Below are positions 27,378 to 36,343 of a stretch of DNA of 36,343 nt, piece by piece. Position numbers and translations under genes: made by a program. Each line of letters begins with the position of its first letter. The stretch's first letter is position 1. A model generated the notes under the pieces. The model ran no database searches. It had not been told where the DNA came from and was given only the letters and a program-made list of their open reading frames with translations. Source of the DNA: Candidatus Aminicenantes bacterium (GTDB lineage: Bacteria > Acidobacteriota > Aminicenantia > Aminicenantales > Aminicenantaceae); NCBI GenBank assembly GCA_030670375.1, contig DAOVBT010000001.1:1-36343 (forward strand), read 5' to 3'.

Positions 27378-28252
27378 ACATGAAAAAAGACAGAAAAAGA
27401 GATACCCGATTTTTGATAATCACAGGACTTTCCGGTTCCGGGAAGACAGTGGTTGGCCGATTCTTGGAAGATTTGGGATACTATTGTATCGATAATCTTC
27501 CGACGAAGTTGATCCCTCGTTTTGTGGACTTGTGGACAAGGAAAGAAGTCGAAATAGAAAAGGTTGCTCTTGTTGTTGACATCAGGGAGGTCGGATTCGC
27601 CAAAGAATTTCCCAAAGTCCTCCAGTCCATTCGGGAGAAAGTTCAGCCATACCTGATCTTTCTGGAGGCTTCTGATGAGGTCCTGTTCAAACGATTCAGC
27701 GAAAGCCGGAGGCCTCATCCCCTGGCTAGCACGAAATCAGTCCGGGAGGGAATCGTGCTAGAAAGGAAGAGGCTGGCTAAAATAAAGAAACTGGCCGACG
27801 AGGTCCTTGATACCTCTTTTACCAACTTGGCTGAACTCAAGGAAATCCTAACCAGGCAGTTTTTACGAAAAAAAGGGCTGAGTCTTCAGATCGTGGTGGT
27901 GAGTTTTGGCTATAAATATGGCATTCCTCTCGATTCAGACCTTGTTTTTGACACGCGTTTTTTGCCGAATCCCCACTATATTGATGCCATGCGAGATAAA
28001 ACGGGCAGAAGCAAAAAGGTTAAAGAATATGTCCTGCAAGCCAAGGAAACGCAGTCTTTCTTGATTAGGCTTAAGAGGTTTGTGGATTACCTGATACCCA
28101 AGTTTGAAGATGAGGGAAAGAGCTATTTGACCATTGCGATGGGATGTACCGGGGGAAGACACAGATCTGTCGTGCTTGCGGATAGATTGAAAGAACATCT
28201 CAAAGGCCAAAACTATAGAGCCAAAACCTATCACCGAGACATGTTTAAATAG
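27374..28252 (+). CDS. rapZ: RNase adapter protein RapZ (YhbJ family)
   Basis: 292 aa with Walker A GLSGSGKT, YYCIDNLP and C-terminal ...IAMGCTGGRHRSV. Confidence 0.92.
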   Translation: MNMKKDRKRDTRFLIITGLSGSGKTVVGRFLEDLGYYCIDNLPTKLIPRFVDLWTRKEVEIEKVALVVDIREVGFAKEFPKVLQSIREKVQPYLIFLEASDEVLFKRFSESRRPHPLASTKSVREGIVLERKRLAKIKKLADEVLDTSFTNLAELKEILTRQFLRKKGLSLQIVVVSFGYKYGIPLDSDLVFDTRFLPNPHYIDAMRDKTGRSKKVKEYVLQAKETQSFLIRLKRFVDYLIPKFEDEGKSYLTIAMGCTGGRHRSVVLADRLKEHLKGQNYRAKTYHRDMFK

Positions 28253-28358
28253 ACAAAAAACTTAAGGTTGTTCACAATTAATGGTAGAATTTTATACAAT
28301 GTAGAGAATCGGGAATAGATACTTTGTTATTGGACGAAAAAATGGAGCAGCCAAAAAA

Positions 28359-28763
28359 ATGATCGGTGGAATTATCGTGTCCCACGGAAAATTGGCTGAA
28401 GAACTTCTCAATGCCCTCACGATCATTCTTGGGGAAGTGGTGAATATGGAAGCCATTTCCATCGGGTGGTATGATGATGTTGAAGATTCCAAGCGCAAGA
28501 TAAACCAATCCTTGAAAGGGGTTGATCAGAAAAACGGTGTCCTCATCTTTACGGATATGTTCGGAGGAACACCATCCAACTTGAGCTTCAGTTTTTTGAA
28601 AGATGATAGAATCGAGATCATAACGGGAGTCAATCTCCCTATGCTTATCAAATTTGTCTCGCTTCAGAGAAGCAATAAATTGAAAGAGGTGGCGAAAAAG
28701 GTTGTGGAACAAGGAAAAAAGAATATTCATCTTGCCAGTGCCCTCCTGAGCTCCAAGCATTGA
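28359..28763 (+). CDS. PTS mannose-family EIIA component
   Basis: 134 aa. N-terminal MIGGIIVSHG with the phosphorylatable His, and a DMFGGTP motif. Confidence 0.8.
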   Translation: MIGGIIVSHGKLAEELLNALTIILGEVVNMEAISIGWYDDVEDSKRKINQSLKGVDQKNGVLIFTDMFGGTPSNLSFSFLKDDRIEIITGVNLPMLIKFVSLQRSNKLKEVAKKVVEQGKKNIHLASALLSSKH

Positions 28764-28785
28764 TCGAGCGGGAAAATCCTGATCC

Positions 28786-29055
28786 ATGTTAGAGAGAAAG
28801 GTTGCCATAATAAATAGACTGGGGTTGCATGCAAGAGCGGCAGCAAAATTTGTCAAGTTGGCAAACAGATTCAAAGCATCTGTCAAAATCGAGAAAGATG
28901 GTGTTCAGATCGATGGAAAAAGTATTTTAGGTATCCTGACATTGGCAGCTGTGCAGGGGGCAGAGATAACATTGACGATATCGGGCACGGATGAGAAGCC
29001 AGCTATGAAGACACTGGTTTTTTTGATCGAAAACCGGTTTGAAGAGGAAGAGTAG
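28786..29055 (+). CDS. ptsH: phosphocarrier protein HPr
   Basis: 89 aa with the His-15 region NRLGLHARAA and the Ser-46 region DGKSILGIL. Confidence 0.9.
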   Translation: MLERKVAIINRLGLHARAAAKFVKLANRFKASVKIEKDGVQIDGKSILGILTLAAVQGAEITLTISGTDEKPAMKTLVFLIENRFEEEE

Positions 29056-29061
29056 TCCAGA

Positions 29062-30819
29062 ATGGAATACATCAGATTAAGAGGACTCGGCGTTTCTCCG
29101 GGAATTGCCATCGGAGGAGTGCAACTGACCGAAAAAGTTGTGTTTACGACGAGAAAAGAAGCGATCTCTGCTGAACAGGTGGACGGCGAGTTGAATCGAT
29201 TAAACGGTGCGATCGAGCGAACGCATGAACAGCTCGTGAGAATCAGGGACAATATCAAGGATATTGTCGGTGAGGAACACGCGTTCATATTTGAGGCTCA
29301 TCTTCTCATTTTGCATGATAAATCCTTGCGCATGTCGCTAAAAGAGATCATTCGGAAAGAAAAAACACGGGCAGAATGGGCGATCTCTCGCGTGCACGTA
29401 AAGTATCAGAAACTCTTCGAGTCAATCGATGACGAGTATCTTATGCAGCGAAAATTCGATGTTGCCGATGTCCTTTCAAAAATATACAGAAATTTGGAGA
29501 CAGCCGAGCCAGGAAAAAAGGAAGAAGGGAAAGAAAAAATCCTCGTAGCTCATGAGCTTCTCCCCTCGGAGGCTGCCTTGCGGCTGAGCAAGGGCAATGT
29601 CCTTGCCGTGGCTCTCGATATGGGGGGACAGACATCCCACACGGCAATACTTGCCCGGTCGTTGAATATACCGACTGTGATGGGTCTGCGGAATGTTTCC
29701 CAGAGAGTAAAAAACGGGGATGTTTTGATCGTTGACGGAACAGATGGAGAAGTTTTGATCAATCCTCCTTTAGCCATCCAGAAGGAGTTTGCGAGCAAGA
29801 AAAAAAAGTACGATGACTACAGGAAGGAACTGAAAAAAATCGCGAAGCTGAGCTCTAAAACTCTAGATAAATTCGAATTTTTGCCATTAGCCAATATCGA
29901 GCTTCCCGAAGAAGTGCCTATGGCCTTTTCGATGGGGGCGGAGGGGATAGGCCTTTTTAGATCTGAATTTCTATACCTCCAGAGCACGACTCCCCCTACT
30001 GAAGAGGCTCACTACCAGATTTATTCTCAGATAGCCAAGGATGCGTATCCCTCCCCTGTTTACATACGGACAATCGATATGGGCGGCGAGAAAAATTTGC
30101 CTCATCTTAAAATCGAAAAGGAGCCCAATCCTGCTCTTGGGCTTCGTGCCATACGCCTGTCTTTGCGGGATAGAGAATTCTTCAAGGTCCAGTTGAAAGC
30201 GATATTGAGAGCCAGCGCGATGGGAAACGTCAGGGTTCTTATCCCGATGATAACGGAGCTTGAGGAAATCGAAGAGGTTAAAATGCTGTTTCGGGAGATT
30301 CAACAGGAGATGAGGGAAAAAAACATCCCTTTTGATGAAAATATTCCTTTGGGTGTGATGATCGAAGTTCCTGCAGCAGCTGCTCTGACAGATATACTGG
30401 TTAAAGAAGTGGATTATATCAGTATTGGAACCAATGATCTTATCCAGTACTACCTGGCCGTGGACCGCTCGAATGAACTGGTATCTTATCTTTTTAAGCC
30501 TCTGCATCCGTCCGTTTTGAGGCTTATCAAGTTTGTCATCGACACGGCTCAAAAAGAAAATAAAGATGTGACGGTGTGCGGAGAGATGGCTGCAGACACC
30601 CTTTCAGCGATCGTTCTGCTCGGTCTCGGGCTGCGCAAATTCAGCATGAACCCGATATTTATTCCCAGGATTAAGAATGTTTTGCGGTCGGTGGAGCAAA
30701 AAACAGCGAAAGAGGTGGTCGAGGAAGCGATGTTGCTAAAAACGGCTCAGGAGATCGAAGAATGCATTATCGAGAGAATACTGCTCAAACATCCCAAAGC
30801 TTTTCTTATGGAGCTGTGA
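29062..30819 (+). CDS. ptsI: phosphoenolpyruvate-protein phosphotransferase (Enzyme I)
   Basis: 585 aa with GGQTSHTAILARSL (active His), GLFRSEFLY and SIGTNDL..Y motifs. Confidence 0.95.
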   Translation: MEYIRLRGLGVSPGIAIGGVQLTEKVVFTTRKEAISAEQVDGELNRLNGAIERTHEQLVRIRDNIKDIVGEEHAFIFEAHLLILHDKSLRMSLKEIIRKEKTRAEWAISRVHVKYQKLFESIDDEYLMQRKFDVADVLSKIYRNLETAEPGKKEEGKEKILVAHELLPSEAALRLSKGNVLAVALDMGGQTSHTAILARSLNIPTVMGLRNVSQRVKNGDVLIVDGTDGEVLINPPLAIQKEFASKKKKYDDYRKELKKIAKLSSKTLDKFEFLPLANIELPEEVPMAFSMGAEGIGLFRSEFLYLQSTTPPTEEAHYQIYSQIAKDAYPSPVYIRTIDMGGEKNLPHLKIEKEPNPALGLRAIRLSLRDREFFKVQLKAILRASAMGNVRVLIPMITELEEIEEVKMLFREIQQEMREKNIPFDENIPLGVMIEVPAAAALTDILVKEVDYISIGTNDLIQYYLAVDRSNELVSYLFKPLHPSVLRLIKFVIDTAQKENKDVTVCGEMAADTLSAIVLLGLGLRKFSMNPIFIPRIKNVLRSVEQKTAKEVVEEAMLLKTAQEIEECIIERILLKHPKAFLMEL

Positions 30820-31180
30820 GCAATTTGTCCAGTTTATCGAGAAGTTCGTTCGTGTCGATCGGCTTTTGGATAAAATGGTCAGCTCCAGAATCTCTTACCT
30901 CAAATTGAAAGGCTGCTCCTTTGTAAACAGCGGTCATCAATATAATCTTGATGTCTTTAAGCTGGGGATCCTGTTTGATTTTTGTGCACAGCTCCAGCCC
31001 GTGTATTTTAGGGATCAACATGTCGCTGATCACCGCGCCTGGTTTTTCTTTGGTAGCGAGTTCAAGTCCTTCTGCGCCATCTTTTGCGCTCAGAACTTGA
31101 TACCCGTGACGGGATAGGATCATCTCAAGCATCGTCAGAGTGACCCTGTCATCGTCGATGATAAGAATCTTGGGTTTCAT
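30806..31180 (-). CDS. single-domain response regulator (CheY-like receiver)
   Basis: 124 aa with DDD at the N-terminus, phospho-acceptor D in ISDMLIP, and a conserved T..K. There is no output domain. It overlaps the ptsI 3' end convergently by 14 nt. Confidence 0.85.
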   Translation of the reverse strand: MKPKILIIDDDRVTLTMLEMILSRHGYQVLSAKDGAEGLELATKEKPGAVISDMLIPKIHGLELCTKIKQDPQLKDIKIILMTAVYKGAAFQFEVRDSGADHFIQKPIDTNELLDKLDKLLTAP

Positions 31181-31564
31181 TTATTTCCTGCCGTATTCAT
31201 CGTCCAGCCGAATGATATCCGACTCCCCGGATTTGCCGATCCAGATCTCCATTATCCGGGCTGGTTTTTGACCGATGCAGCGGACGCGGTGAGCAACTTT
31301 GCGTGGTATAAATATTTCCTCATTCGCCTGGGGTTGCCAAACCCGGTCTCCTGCGGTTACTTCCAGTCCTTCGTCTAAGATAACCCAGAATTCACTGCGC
31401 TTCATATGATATTGGAGAGACAGGGCTTCTCCTGGCTTGACCGTGATTATCTTGATACTCCCGGCTTGATCATATGGAAAGGACCGGAATTTACCCCAGG
31501 GTCTGATATCTTCTGTAATCGCTTTTCGGAAAATGGCGATATCGGTTTTCTTGCCAGAAGTCAT
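31181..31564 (-). CDS. cupin-domain protein resembling the C-terminal cupin of type II phosphomannose isomerase
   Basis: 127 aa with RPWG.F...IK.ITVKPGEALSLQYH..RSEFW....G...V...IPR...HR motifs. Its stop abuts the receiver-gene start. Confidence 0.8.
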   Translation of the reverse strand: MTSGKKTDIAIFRKAITEDIRPWGKFRSFPYDQAGSIKIITVKPGEALSLQYHMKRSEFWVILDEGLEVTAGDRVWQPQANEEIFIPRKVAHRVRCIGQKPARIMEIWIGKSGESDIIRLDDEYGRK

Positions 31565-31617
31565 TGTGAATATTTCCAGAGATATCTGCCTAATTTTTTG
31601 GCCTGATCGCTGGCTTT

Positions 31618-32097
31618 CTAAAAAGGGACTTCTTCGTCTCCGTCCGTCTCGCTTTCGATGTCAGGGATGGAACTTTCCTTACCGGGAAAATCTGGAGGGC
31701 CGGAACTGGAAGGCGTGGGGGAAAACTCTCCTTCCTGTCTTTCCGTATCGTCTTTGCGGCCGAGCAGGATGATGTTTTGGGCTTCGACTTCCGTGGAATA
31801 TCTTTTGTTTCCTTCCCTATCCTGCCAGCTTCGAGTTCGCAGCTTCCCTTCCAGATAGATCTGTTTTCCTTGGTTGAGATACTTCTCGCAAAACTCTCCA
31901 AGCTTTCCCCATGCCACGATGCGATGCCATTCCACTCGAATATCACTTTCATTTGTGCTAGGATTGAAGTAACGTTCGTTGGTGGCGAGCGTGAAGCGAG
32001 CGATAGCCCGCTCAGATTGCGGGAGATACCGAAGTTCTGGGTTTCGTCCCAAGCGGCCGATCAGAGTAACCTTGTTTAGACTATTGATGTCTCTCAT
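31618..32097 (-). CDS. ssb: single-stranded DNA-binding protein
   Basis: 159 aa with an OB fold (NKVTLIGRLG..PELRY...WHRIVAWGK), a Gly/Pro/Ser-rich linker and an acidic tip DGDEEVPF. Confidence 0.92.
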   Translation of the reverse strand: MRDINSLNKVTLIGRLGRNPELRYLPQSERAIARFTLATNERYFNPSTNESDIRVEWHRIVAWGKLGEFCEKYLNQGKQIYLEGKLRTRSWQDREGNKRYSTEVEAQNIILLGRKDDTERQEGEFSPTPSSSGPPDFPGKESSIPDIESETDGDEEVPF

Positions 32098-32983
32098 TTT
32101 TCGATATCAGCTCTTTAATTTTTTCCTGAGCGATTTTCGTTTCTTCTTCCAGAGGATATTTGCTGACCATGAGTTTAAACACGGACAGGGCCTCTTCCTT
32201 TCGATCCAGCTCCGTCAAGCTTATCCCTTTGTGCAGGTATGCGGCAGGAACTTTATCGCCAAGAGGATAGTTCAGGATCAGTTCGTTGTATCGAGAGATC
32301 GCCTCTTCATATTCTTTCTGGCTGAAATAGCATTCCCCTATCCAATACAGGGCATTATCGGCAAAAGGACTCTGTGAGAAGTTATCCTGATAGATCTTGA
32401 AACCGTCTATAGCCAGTGCGAAATTCCCTTTCAGGTAATCGGCGTAAGCCATGTTGTAAATTTCTTGAGGAGACAGGTTGGGGGGGAGTGGAGATTTTGA
32501 TTCTTCTTCTCCTTCCCCTTGCTGCAGTGCTTCTCCAGTGTCATCTGCTGCCTGCGGTTGTTGTTCTTCTTCCTGGCTTTCTCCCGAGTCTTCTGCTTGT
32601 TCAACCTGTTGGAGAAGGGGAAGCGATGTCTTTTTAATCTCCATAAGATCTGCTGAAAAGCGAGATAGCTGCATAGTAATGCCGTCCAGTTTTTCCAGTA
32701 CGATTTGGTATTGGGCTGGGACTTTTTTTTGGTCTTCTTGCATGCTCACTTGTTGGGACTGGAGCGCACGCACCAAGGAAATGATTTCTCCCATCTGTTG
32801 TTTTATGGCTTGGAGCTCGTCCTGATGTAGCCCGATTTTTTTATCGAGCTTCAGAACCTGTTGCTTCAGGATTTGAATGTCTTGATAGATCAGCTCATAT
32901 GCTTTTTTTTCTTTTTGGGTTGCACAAAGCAGAAAGGGGATGAGAAGGAAAAGAAATATCCTCAGAAAAAGTCTATTGGCCAT
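32081..32983 (-). CDS. cpoB: Tol-Pal system protein YbgF/CpoB
   Basis: 300 aa with a signal peptide, an N-terminal coiled coil, an acidic linker and C-terminal TPR repeats (YWIGECYFSQKEYEEAI...). It lies immediately after pal. Confidence 0.8.
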   Translation of the reverse strand: MANRLFLRIFLFLLIPFLLCATQKEKKAYELIYQDIQILKQQVLKLDKKIGLHQDELQAIKQQMGEIISLVRALQSQQVSMQEDQKKVPAQYQIVLEKLDGITMQLSRFSADLMEIKKTSLPLLQQVEQAEDSGESQEEEQQPQAADDTGEALQQGEGEEESKSPLPPNLSPQEIYNMAYADYLKGNFALAIDGFKIYQDNFSQSPFADNALYWIGECYFSQKEYEEAISRYNELILNYPLGDKVPAAYLHKGISLTELDRKEEALSVFKLMVSKYPLEEETKIAQEKIKELISKNERHQ

Positions 32984-32986
32984 ATG

Positions 32987-33541
32987 TTATTTTGCGATGA
33001 CCGTGGATTGCGCCCGTCTGTTTTTGTCCCAGGCTGCTTCTGTGTGTCCCATGTCTATGGGTTGGCTTTTTCCATAGGAGATGGTCTTCAAACGGCTGGG
33101 GGAAACTCCGAGAGAAACGAGGTAGTCAAACGTGCTCTTGGCTCTTTTTTCACCCAGTGCAAGGTTGTACTCCTCTGTGCCTCTTTCATCGCAGTGTCCT
33201 TCGATCAGAATCTGAGCGGTTCTGAATTTTTTCAGCCATGCGGCATTGCCTTCCAGGACTGATTTGGCATCATCCCTGATGAAATATTTGTCAAAGTCGA
33301 AATGGATCATCCGAAGGGGAACCTCACGGTTGATTTCTTCAAGAGATTTGTTCATGAAAATTTCTTCTTCTGTCAGTTCCGGCTCTTTGGGGGGAGCAGG
33401 TTCGACAACCTTTTCAACTTTGGGCTGTTCTTTCACCTGTGGGGGAGGCGGGGGAGGGGTTTCTTTGACCTTTTTGCTGCATGAGAGTGTGAAACCAAAA
33501 ACAAGTAAACACACCAGCGTTAGGATTAGGACTTTTTTCAT
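32987..33541 (-). CDS. pal: peptidoglycan-associated lipoprotein Pal (OmpA-family)
   Basis: 184 aa with lipobox LSCS, a Pro/Lys/Glu linker and an OmpA-like domain (IEGHCDERGTEEYNLALGEKRA). Confidence 0.9.
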   Translation of the reverse strand: MKKVLILTLVCLLVFGFTLSCSKKVKETPPPPPPQVKEQPKVEKVVEPAPPKEPELTEEEIFMNKSLEEINREVPLRMIHFDFDKYFIRDDAKSVLEGNAAWLKKFRTAQILIEGHCDERGTEEYNLALGEKRAKSTFDYLVSLGVSPSRLKTISYGKSQPIDMGHTEAAWDKNRRAQSTVIAK

Positions 33542-33594
33542 TTGACCTCCTTTGAAGGTTTGTCCTTCCTTATTATTTGTAACTTTGCGCTCTT

Positions 33595-33623
33595 TTTATA
33601 CAATCAAACTTGTTGTCTGTCAA
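33595..33623 (-). promoter_or_regulatory. sigma70-type internal promoter in front of pal
   Basis: Minus-strand TTGACA (33623-33618), 17-nt spacer, TATAAA (33600-33595), in the 148-nt tolB-pal gap. Confidence 0.6.
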
Positions 33624-33689
33624 CAGCATAACGCAACAAATATTAAATCCTTTATTATATTTTGTTAGATTTATTTCCCGGAAATACCC

Positions 33690-34979
33690 CTAACGCGACC
33701 AATCGGGCAGCTTGTTTTCTCCTTGTGATGTAAGTCGACGCAGGTTTCTGCCGTCATAGTCGATGCTGTAGAGCTGAGTGGTTCCGTTGAGATTCGAGGT
33801 GAAAATCAGGTGCCGACCGTCAGGCGACCAGCATGGGGATTCGTTCCGCGCGTTGCCCTCTGTGAGTTTGATGATTTGTTTGGTGCGGAGGTTCAGGACA
33901 TACAGGTCGAAGATTTGATCCACCCGGGAGACATAAGCGATGTTATCTCCTTGGGATGACCAAGCAGGAGCGTCGTGGTAGGTGCCGCCAAAGCTGACCC
34001 GGGTGACATTGGAACCTTCTGCGTCCATGATGTAGATTTGAGGAGTTCCTCCTCGGTCTGAGGTGAAGGCTATTTGGCGGCTCGTTGGTGACCAGCAGGG
34101 AGCGGTGTCGATGGATTTGTTGAAAGTCAGCCTGCGGACGTTTTTTCCGTTGCTGTTAGCAACATAAATCTCGGAGTTTCCGGCTTCCTCTTGAGAGCAA
34201 AAAACCAGCTTTTTGCCATCCGGGGAAAAATTGGGCGCAAAACTCGTTCCCCTGCTGTAGACCTCGTGCCGTTTTCCTTCATAAACTTCCAATATGTACA
34301 GGATGACCTTTGTCCCTTGATAGGATGTGTAGGCGATCTTTCTGCCATCGGTGGACCAGGCCGGCATATAATCGATGACCTTATTGAAGGTCAGCCGGGT
34401 TTGGTTGTGTCCGTCATAATCCATCATGTAGAGCTCTTCCTTGCCGTTCCTGTTCGAGCAAAACACGATTTTAGAGGTGAAAATCGGGCGTTCTCCCCAC
34501 ATTCGCAAAAGTTCATCTGCCATTTTGTGGGCGGCAAAACGAAGGAGAGACCTGCTGGTCTGGTAGCGCTTCCCGAAAATCCCCCTTCCTGCTTTGACGT
34601 CATAGACCTTCCCCTCGAAAACAATGTCATTCCCATCGCCGTTCGAGATCTCGCCCACGAATAAAATCTTGGCTGATATGGATTCCCAGTCCTTGAAGAA
34701 TATGTTTTCGGGATTGAGCGGGCGGATATAGCTGTAGAAATCCTTGGGCAATTCCTCGAAAATCCGGCTGTACTTCAAGTCTGCAGCAAAAACTTGATGA
34801 AGCACTTGTGCGGCTTCCTGGGTGTTGGGGGAGGAATCGTGGACGATGAATTCGGGGATGGCCAGCGGAATGGCCGGCATCCCTTCTCTGATGCTCAAGT
34901 AGACTTCCTGCTGGCCAGGCAGAAGAATGACTATAACCAATAATGCGATTCCGAAAAGTATGATGTCTCTTTTTTTCAT
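33690..34979 (-). CDS. tolB: Tol-Pal system beta-propeller protein TolB
   Basis: 429 aa with an N-terminal TolB domain and repeated propeller blades (P.WSPDG..I.F.S.R.G...). Confidence 0.93.
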   Translation of the reverse strand: MKKRDIILFGIALLVIVILLPGQQEVYLSIREGMPAIPLAIPEFIVHDSSPNTQEAAQVLHQVFAADLKYSRIFEELPKDFYSYIRPLNPENIFFKDWESISAKILFVGEISNGDGNDIVFEGKVYDVKAGRGIFGKRYQTSRSLLRFAAHKMADELLRMWGERPIFTSKIVFCSNRNGKEELYMMDYDGHNQTRLTFNKVIDYMPAWSTDGRKIAYTSYQGTKVILYILEVYEGKRHEVYSRGTSFAPNFSPDGKKLVFCSQEEAGNSEIYVANSNGKNVRRLTFNKSIDTAPCWSPTSRQIAFTSDRGGTPQIYIMDAEGSNVTRVSFGGTYHDAPAWSSQGDNIAYVSRVDQIFDLYVLNLRTKQIIKLTEGNARNESPCWSPDGRHLIFTSNLNGTTQLYSIDYDGRNLRRLTSQGENKLPDWSR

Positions 34980-35818
34980 TTTATATGCTCGAATCTGAGA
35001 TGTATGATCAGGAATTCCTCTTCGTATCCATCCGGGAGGGGGGCAAAGAGTGTTGAGGATTGAATGGCCCGGACGGCTGCCATATCAAGGGTCCGGATGC
35101 CGCATCCCTGTTCGATATCCACGACCGAGATCTTTCCATCCCTGTAGATTTTGAACCGAACGACCGTGAACAGTTCGTCGGTCATGCCCGAACTGATTTG
35201 GTTTTTAAGCCAGTTGCTCGAGATCCGGCCGATCATGTTTTCCAGATAGTAAGTAAAGGGAAAATTGGAAAGGCCGATCTGTGAGGAGAACTCCGAGCCG
35301 AATCCAGCACCACCACCTGAGCCCGTCCCGACGCCGAGACTTACCCCCGATCCTTTTCCGACCCCTTCTTCAGAAGCGGATTTTGCGTTTTCTGATGGCT
35401 TTTTAGCCGAAGGGTCCTGTTTCTGAATAACCGCTTTTTTTTGGGAAGGGGGGTTTTTTCCCCTTTTAGGCTTATCCACAGGATGCCGGAAGGATGAAAG
35501 GGTTTGCTGCTCGAGTTTTTGCGGCGTTGAGAGGTCTCGCAATGTTTGTCCAGCCTGTGCGGGTGTTTCGGTGAGTTCTTCTTTTGTCTCACTGGCTTTT
35601 GGCTGCATCTTTGCCGAGGGTCCACCACCTGCTGGCCTGCCCCCTCCGCCTCCCCCTGAAAAAGAATGAAGGCTTACATAGTGGATCATCTTTTTGCGTC
35701 CGAGGCTGGGGAATTTGGGAGAGAAAATCAGCAGAAAAAAAAGGATAATATGGAATGAAATGGAAATGTAAACAAACTTTTTAAAGATGGGGTACTGCTT
35801 GATATAAGTGACCATCAC
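34976..35818 (-). CDS. TolA-like energy transducer with a TonB-type C-terminal domain
   Basis: 280 aa with an N-terminal TM, Gly-runs and a Pro/Lys-rich spacer, and a C-terminal TonB_C-like fold. It occupies the position between tolR and tolB. Confidence 0.7.
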   Translation of the reverse strand: MMVTYIKQYPIFKKFVYISISFHIILFFLLIFSPKFPSLGRKKMIHYVSLHSFSGGGGGGRPAGGGPSAKMQPKASETKEELTETPAQAGQTLRDLSTPQKLEQQTLSSFRHPVDKPKRGKNPPSQKKAVIQKQDPSAKKPSENAKSASEEGVGKGSGVSLGVGTGSGGGAGFGSEFSSQIGLSNFPFTYYLENMIGRISSNWLKNQISSGMTDELFTVVRFKIYRDGKISVVDIEQGCGIRTLDMAAVRAIQSSTLFAPLPDGYEEEFLIIHLRFEHIK

Positions 35819-36252
35819 TGGCGCCTTTTTTTGCGGTCCGGTGGTTCCGTTATCAGTCCGACTCTTTCCACGCCGGCTCTTTTGGCGATGTCCATAATTC
35901 GAATGACATACCCGTAATTGAGGCTTTCATCCGCTTGAATAAAGATGACTTTGCTTTCTTTATCAAAAAGCTGTTGCTGCAGTCGTGTTTGAAGGAGGTT
36001 GATGTTTACCGGCTGACCTTCCATGTGAATGAACCTGTCAGGGGTGATCGTCAGTGTCACTCCCTCCTCTGCGGGAGCGGACTGTGTTTCGGCCTGGGGA
36101 AGCTGCACTCCGATCCCCATCTTCAGCATGGGCGCTGTGACCATGAAGATGATCAACAGCACAAGCATGACATCCACAAGGGGGGTGACGTTTATCTCGG
36201 ACAGTGACGTCCCGATCTCCCTTTTGGATATTGAACGGAATTTAAATGCCAT
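35815..36252 (-). CDS. tolR: ExbD/TolR-family biopolymer transport protein
   Basis: 145 aa with the INVTPLVDVMLVLLIIFM signature TM containing the conserved Asp. Confidence 0.87.
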   Translation of the reverse strand: MAFKFRSISKREIGTSLSEINVTPLVDVMLVLLIIFMVTAPMLKMGIGVQLPQAETQSAPAEEGVTLTITPDRFIHMEGQPVNINLLQTRLQQQLFDKESKVIFIQADESLNYGYVIRIMDIAKRAGVERVGLITEPPDRKKRRQ

Positions 36253-36343
36253 ACAACCTCTCTGTGATGCTGAGAAATTCGATGGAAAAATCTTCCATTT
36301 CCGTGATGATCTCTTTTATTTTGTGGAGATAGTGGTTGTAGGC
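36242..36343 (-). CDS. MotA/TolQ/ExbB-family protein, C-terminal 33 codons (partial; runs off the right window edge)
   Basis: My minus-strand translation reads AYNHYLHKIKEIITEMEDFSIEFLSITERLYGI*. The AYN..(L/F) tail is typical of TolQ/ExbB. The stop overlaps the tolR start by 11 nt. It is absent from the ORF track because it is open-ended. Confidence 0.6.
   Translation of the reverse strand, partial: AYNHYLHKIKEIITEMEDFSIEFLSITERLYGI

Noticed and set aside
33672-33686. Palindrome TATTTCCCGGAAATA directly after the tolB stop, considered as a terminator.
   Set aside because: It gives only a 6-bp AU-rich stem with a 3-nt loop and no following U-run. At best it is a weak pause site or protein-binding site.

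Overview
This 36.3-kb window is a densely packed, mostly housekeeping chromosomal segment from a diderm (Gram-negative-type) bacterium; lineage is not assignable from sequence alone. I support 40 CDSs. Reading left to right:
- M20 amidohydrolase (partial), a split-type acyl-CoA mutase catalytic subunit and enolase.
- A YtxH/DUF948/membrane-protein trio.
- A BtuFCD/Fec-type ABC importer.
- leuS-lptE-holA, rpsT, murJ-dtd and a HEAT-repeat protein.
- ftsY translationally coupled to ribD-ribE-ribBA.
- recJ.
- A 631-aa LptC/LptA-like protein, then lptB-rpoN-hpf-ptsN-hprK-rapZ-EIIA(Man)-ptsH-ptsI.
- On the minus strand: tolQ(partial)-tolR-tolA-like-tolB, then pal-ybgF-ssb-cupin-receiver.

I found no rRNA, tRNA, CRISPR array, transposase, integrase or recognisable defence or toxin genes. 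I found no new protein-coding system, and most of the window is ordinary core genome.

The one feature the gene map does not explain is a bipartite non-coding element of about 100 nt. It occurs as two direct copies in the two largest intergenic gaps, immediately left and right of recJ. The second copy carries a 111-nt structured insert between the two conserved modules. I do not recognise it as a known RNA family or mobile element, and its function is unproven.

Several near-consensus sigma70 promoters and one intrinsic terminator are readable. Many long ORF-track entries are shadow ORFs overlapping real genes.
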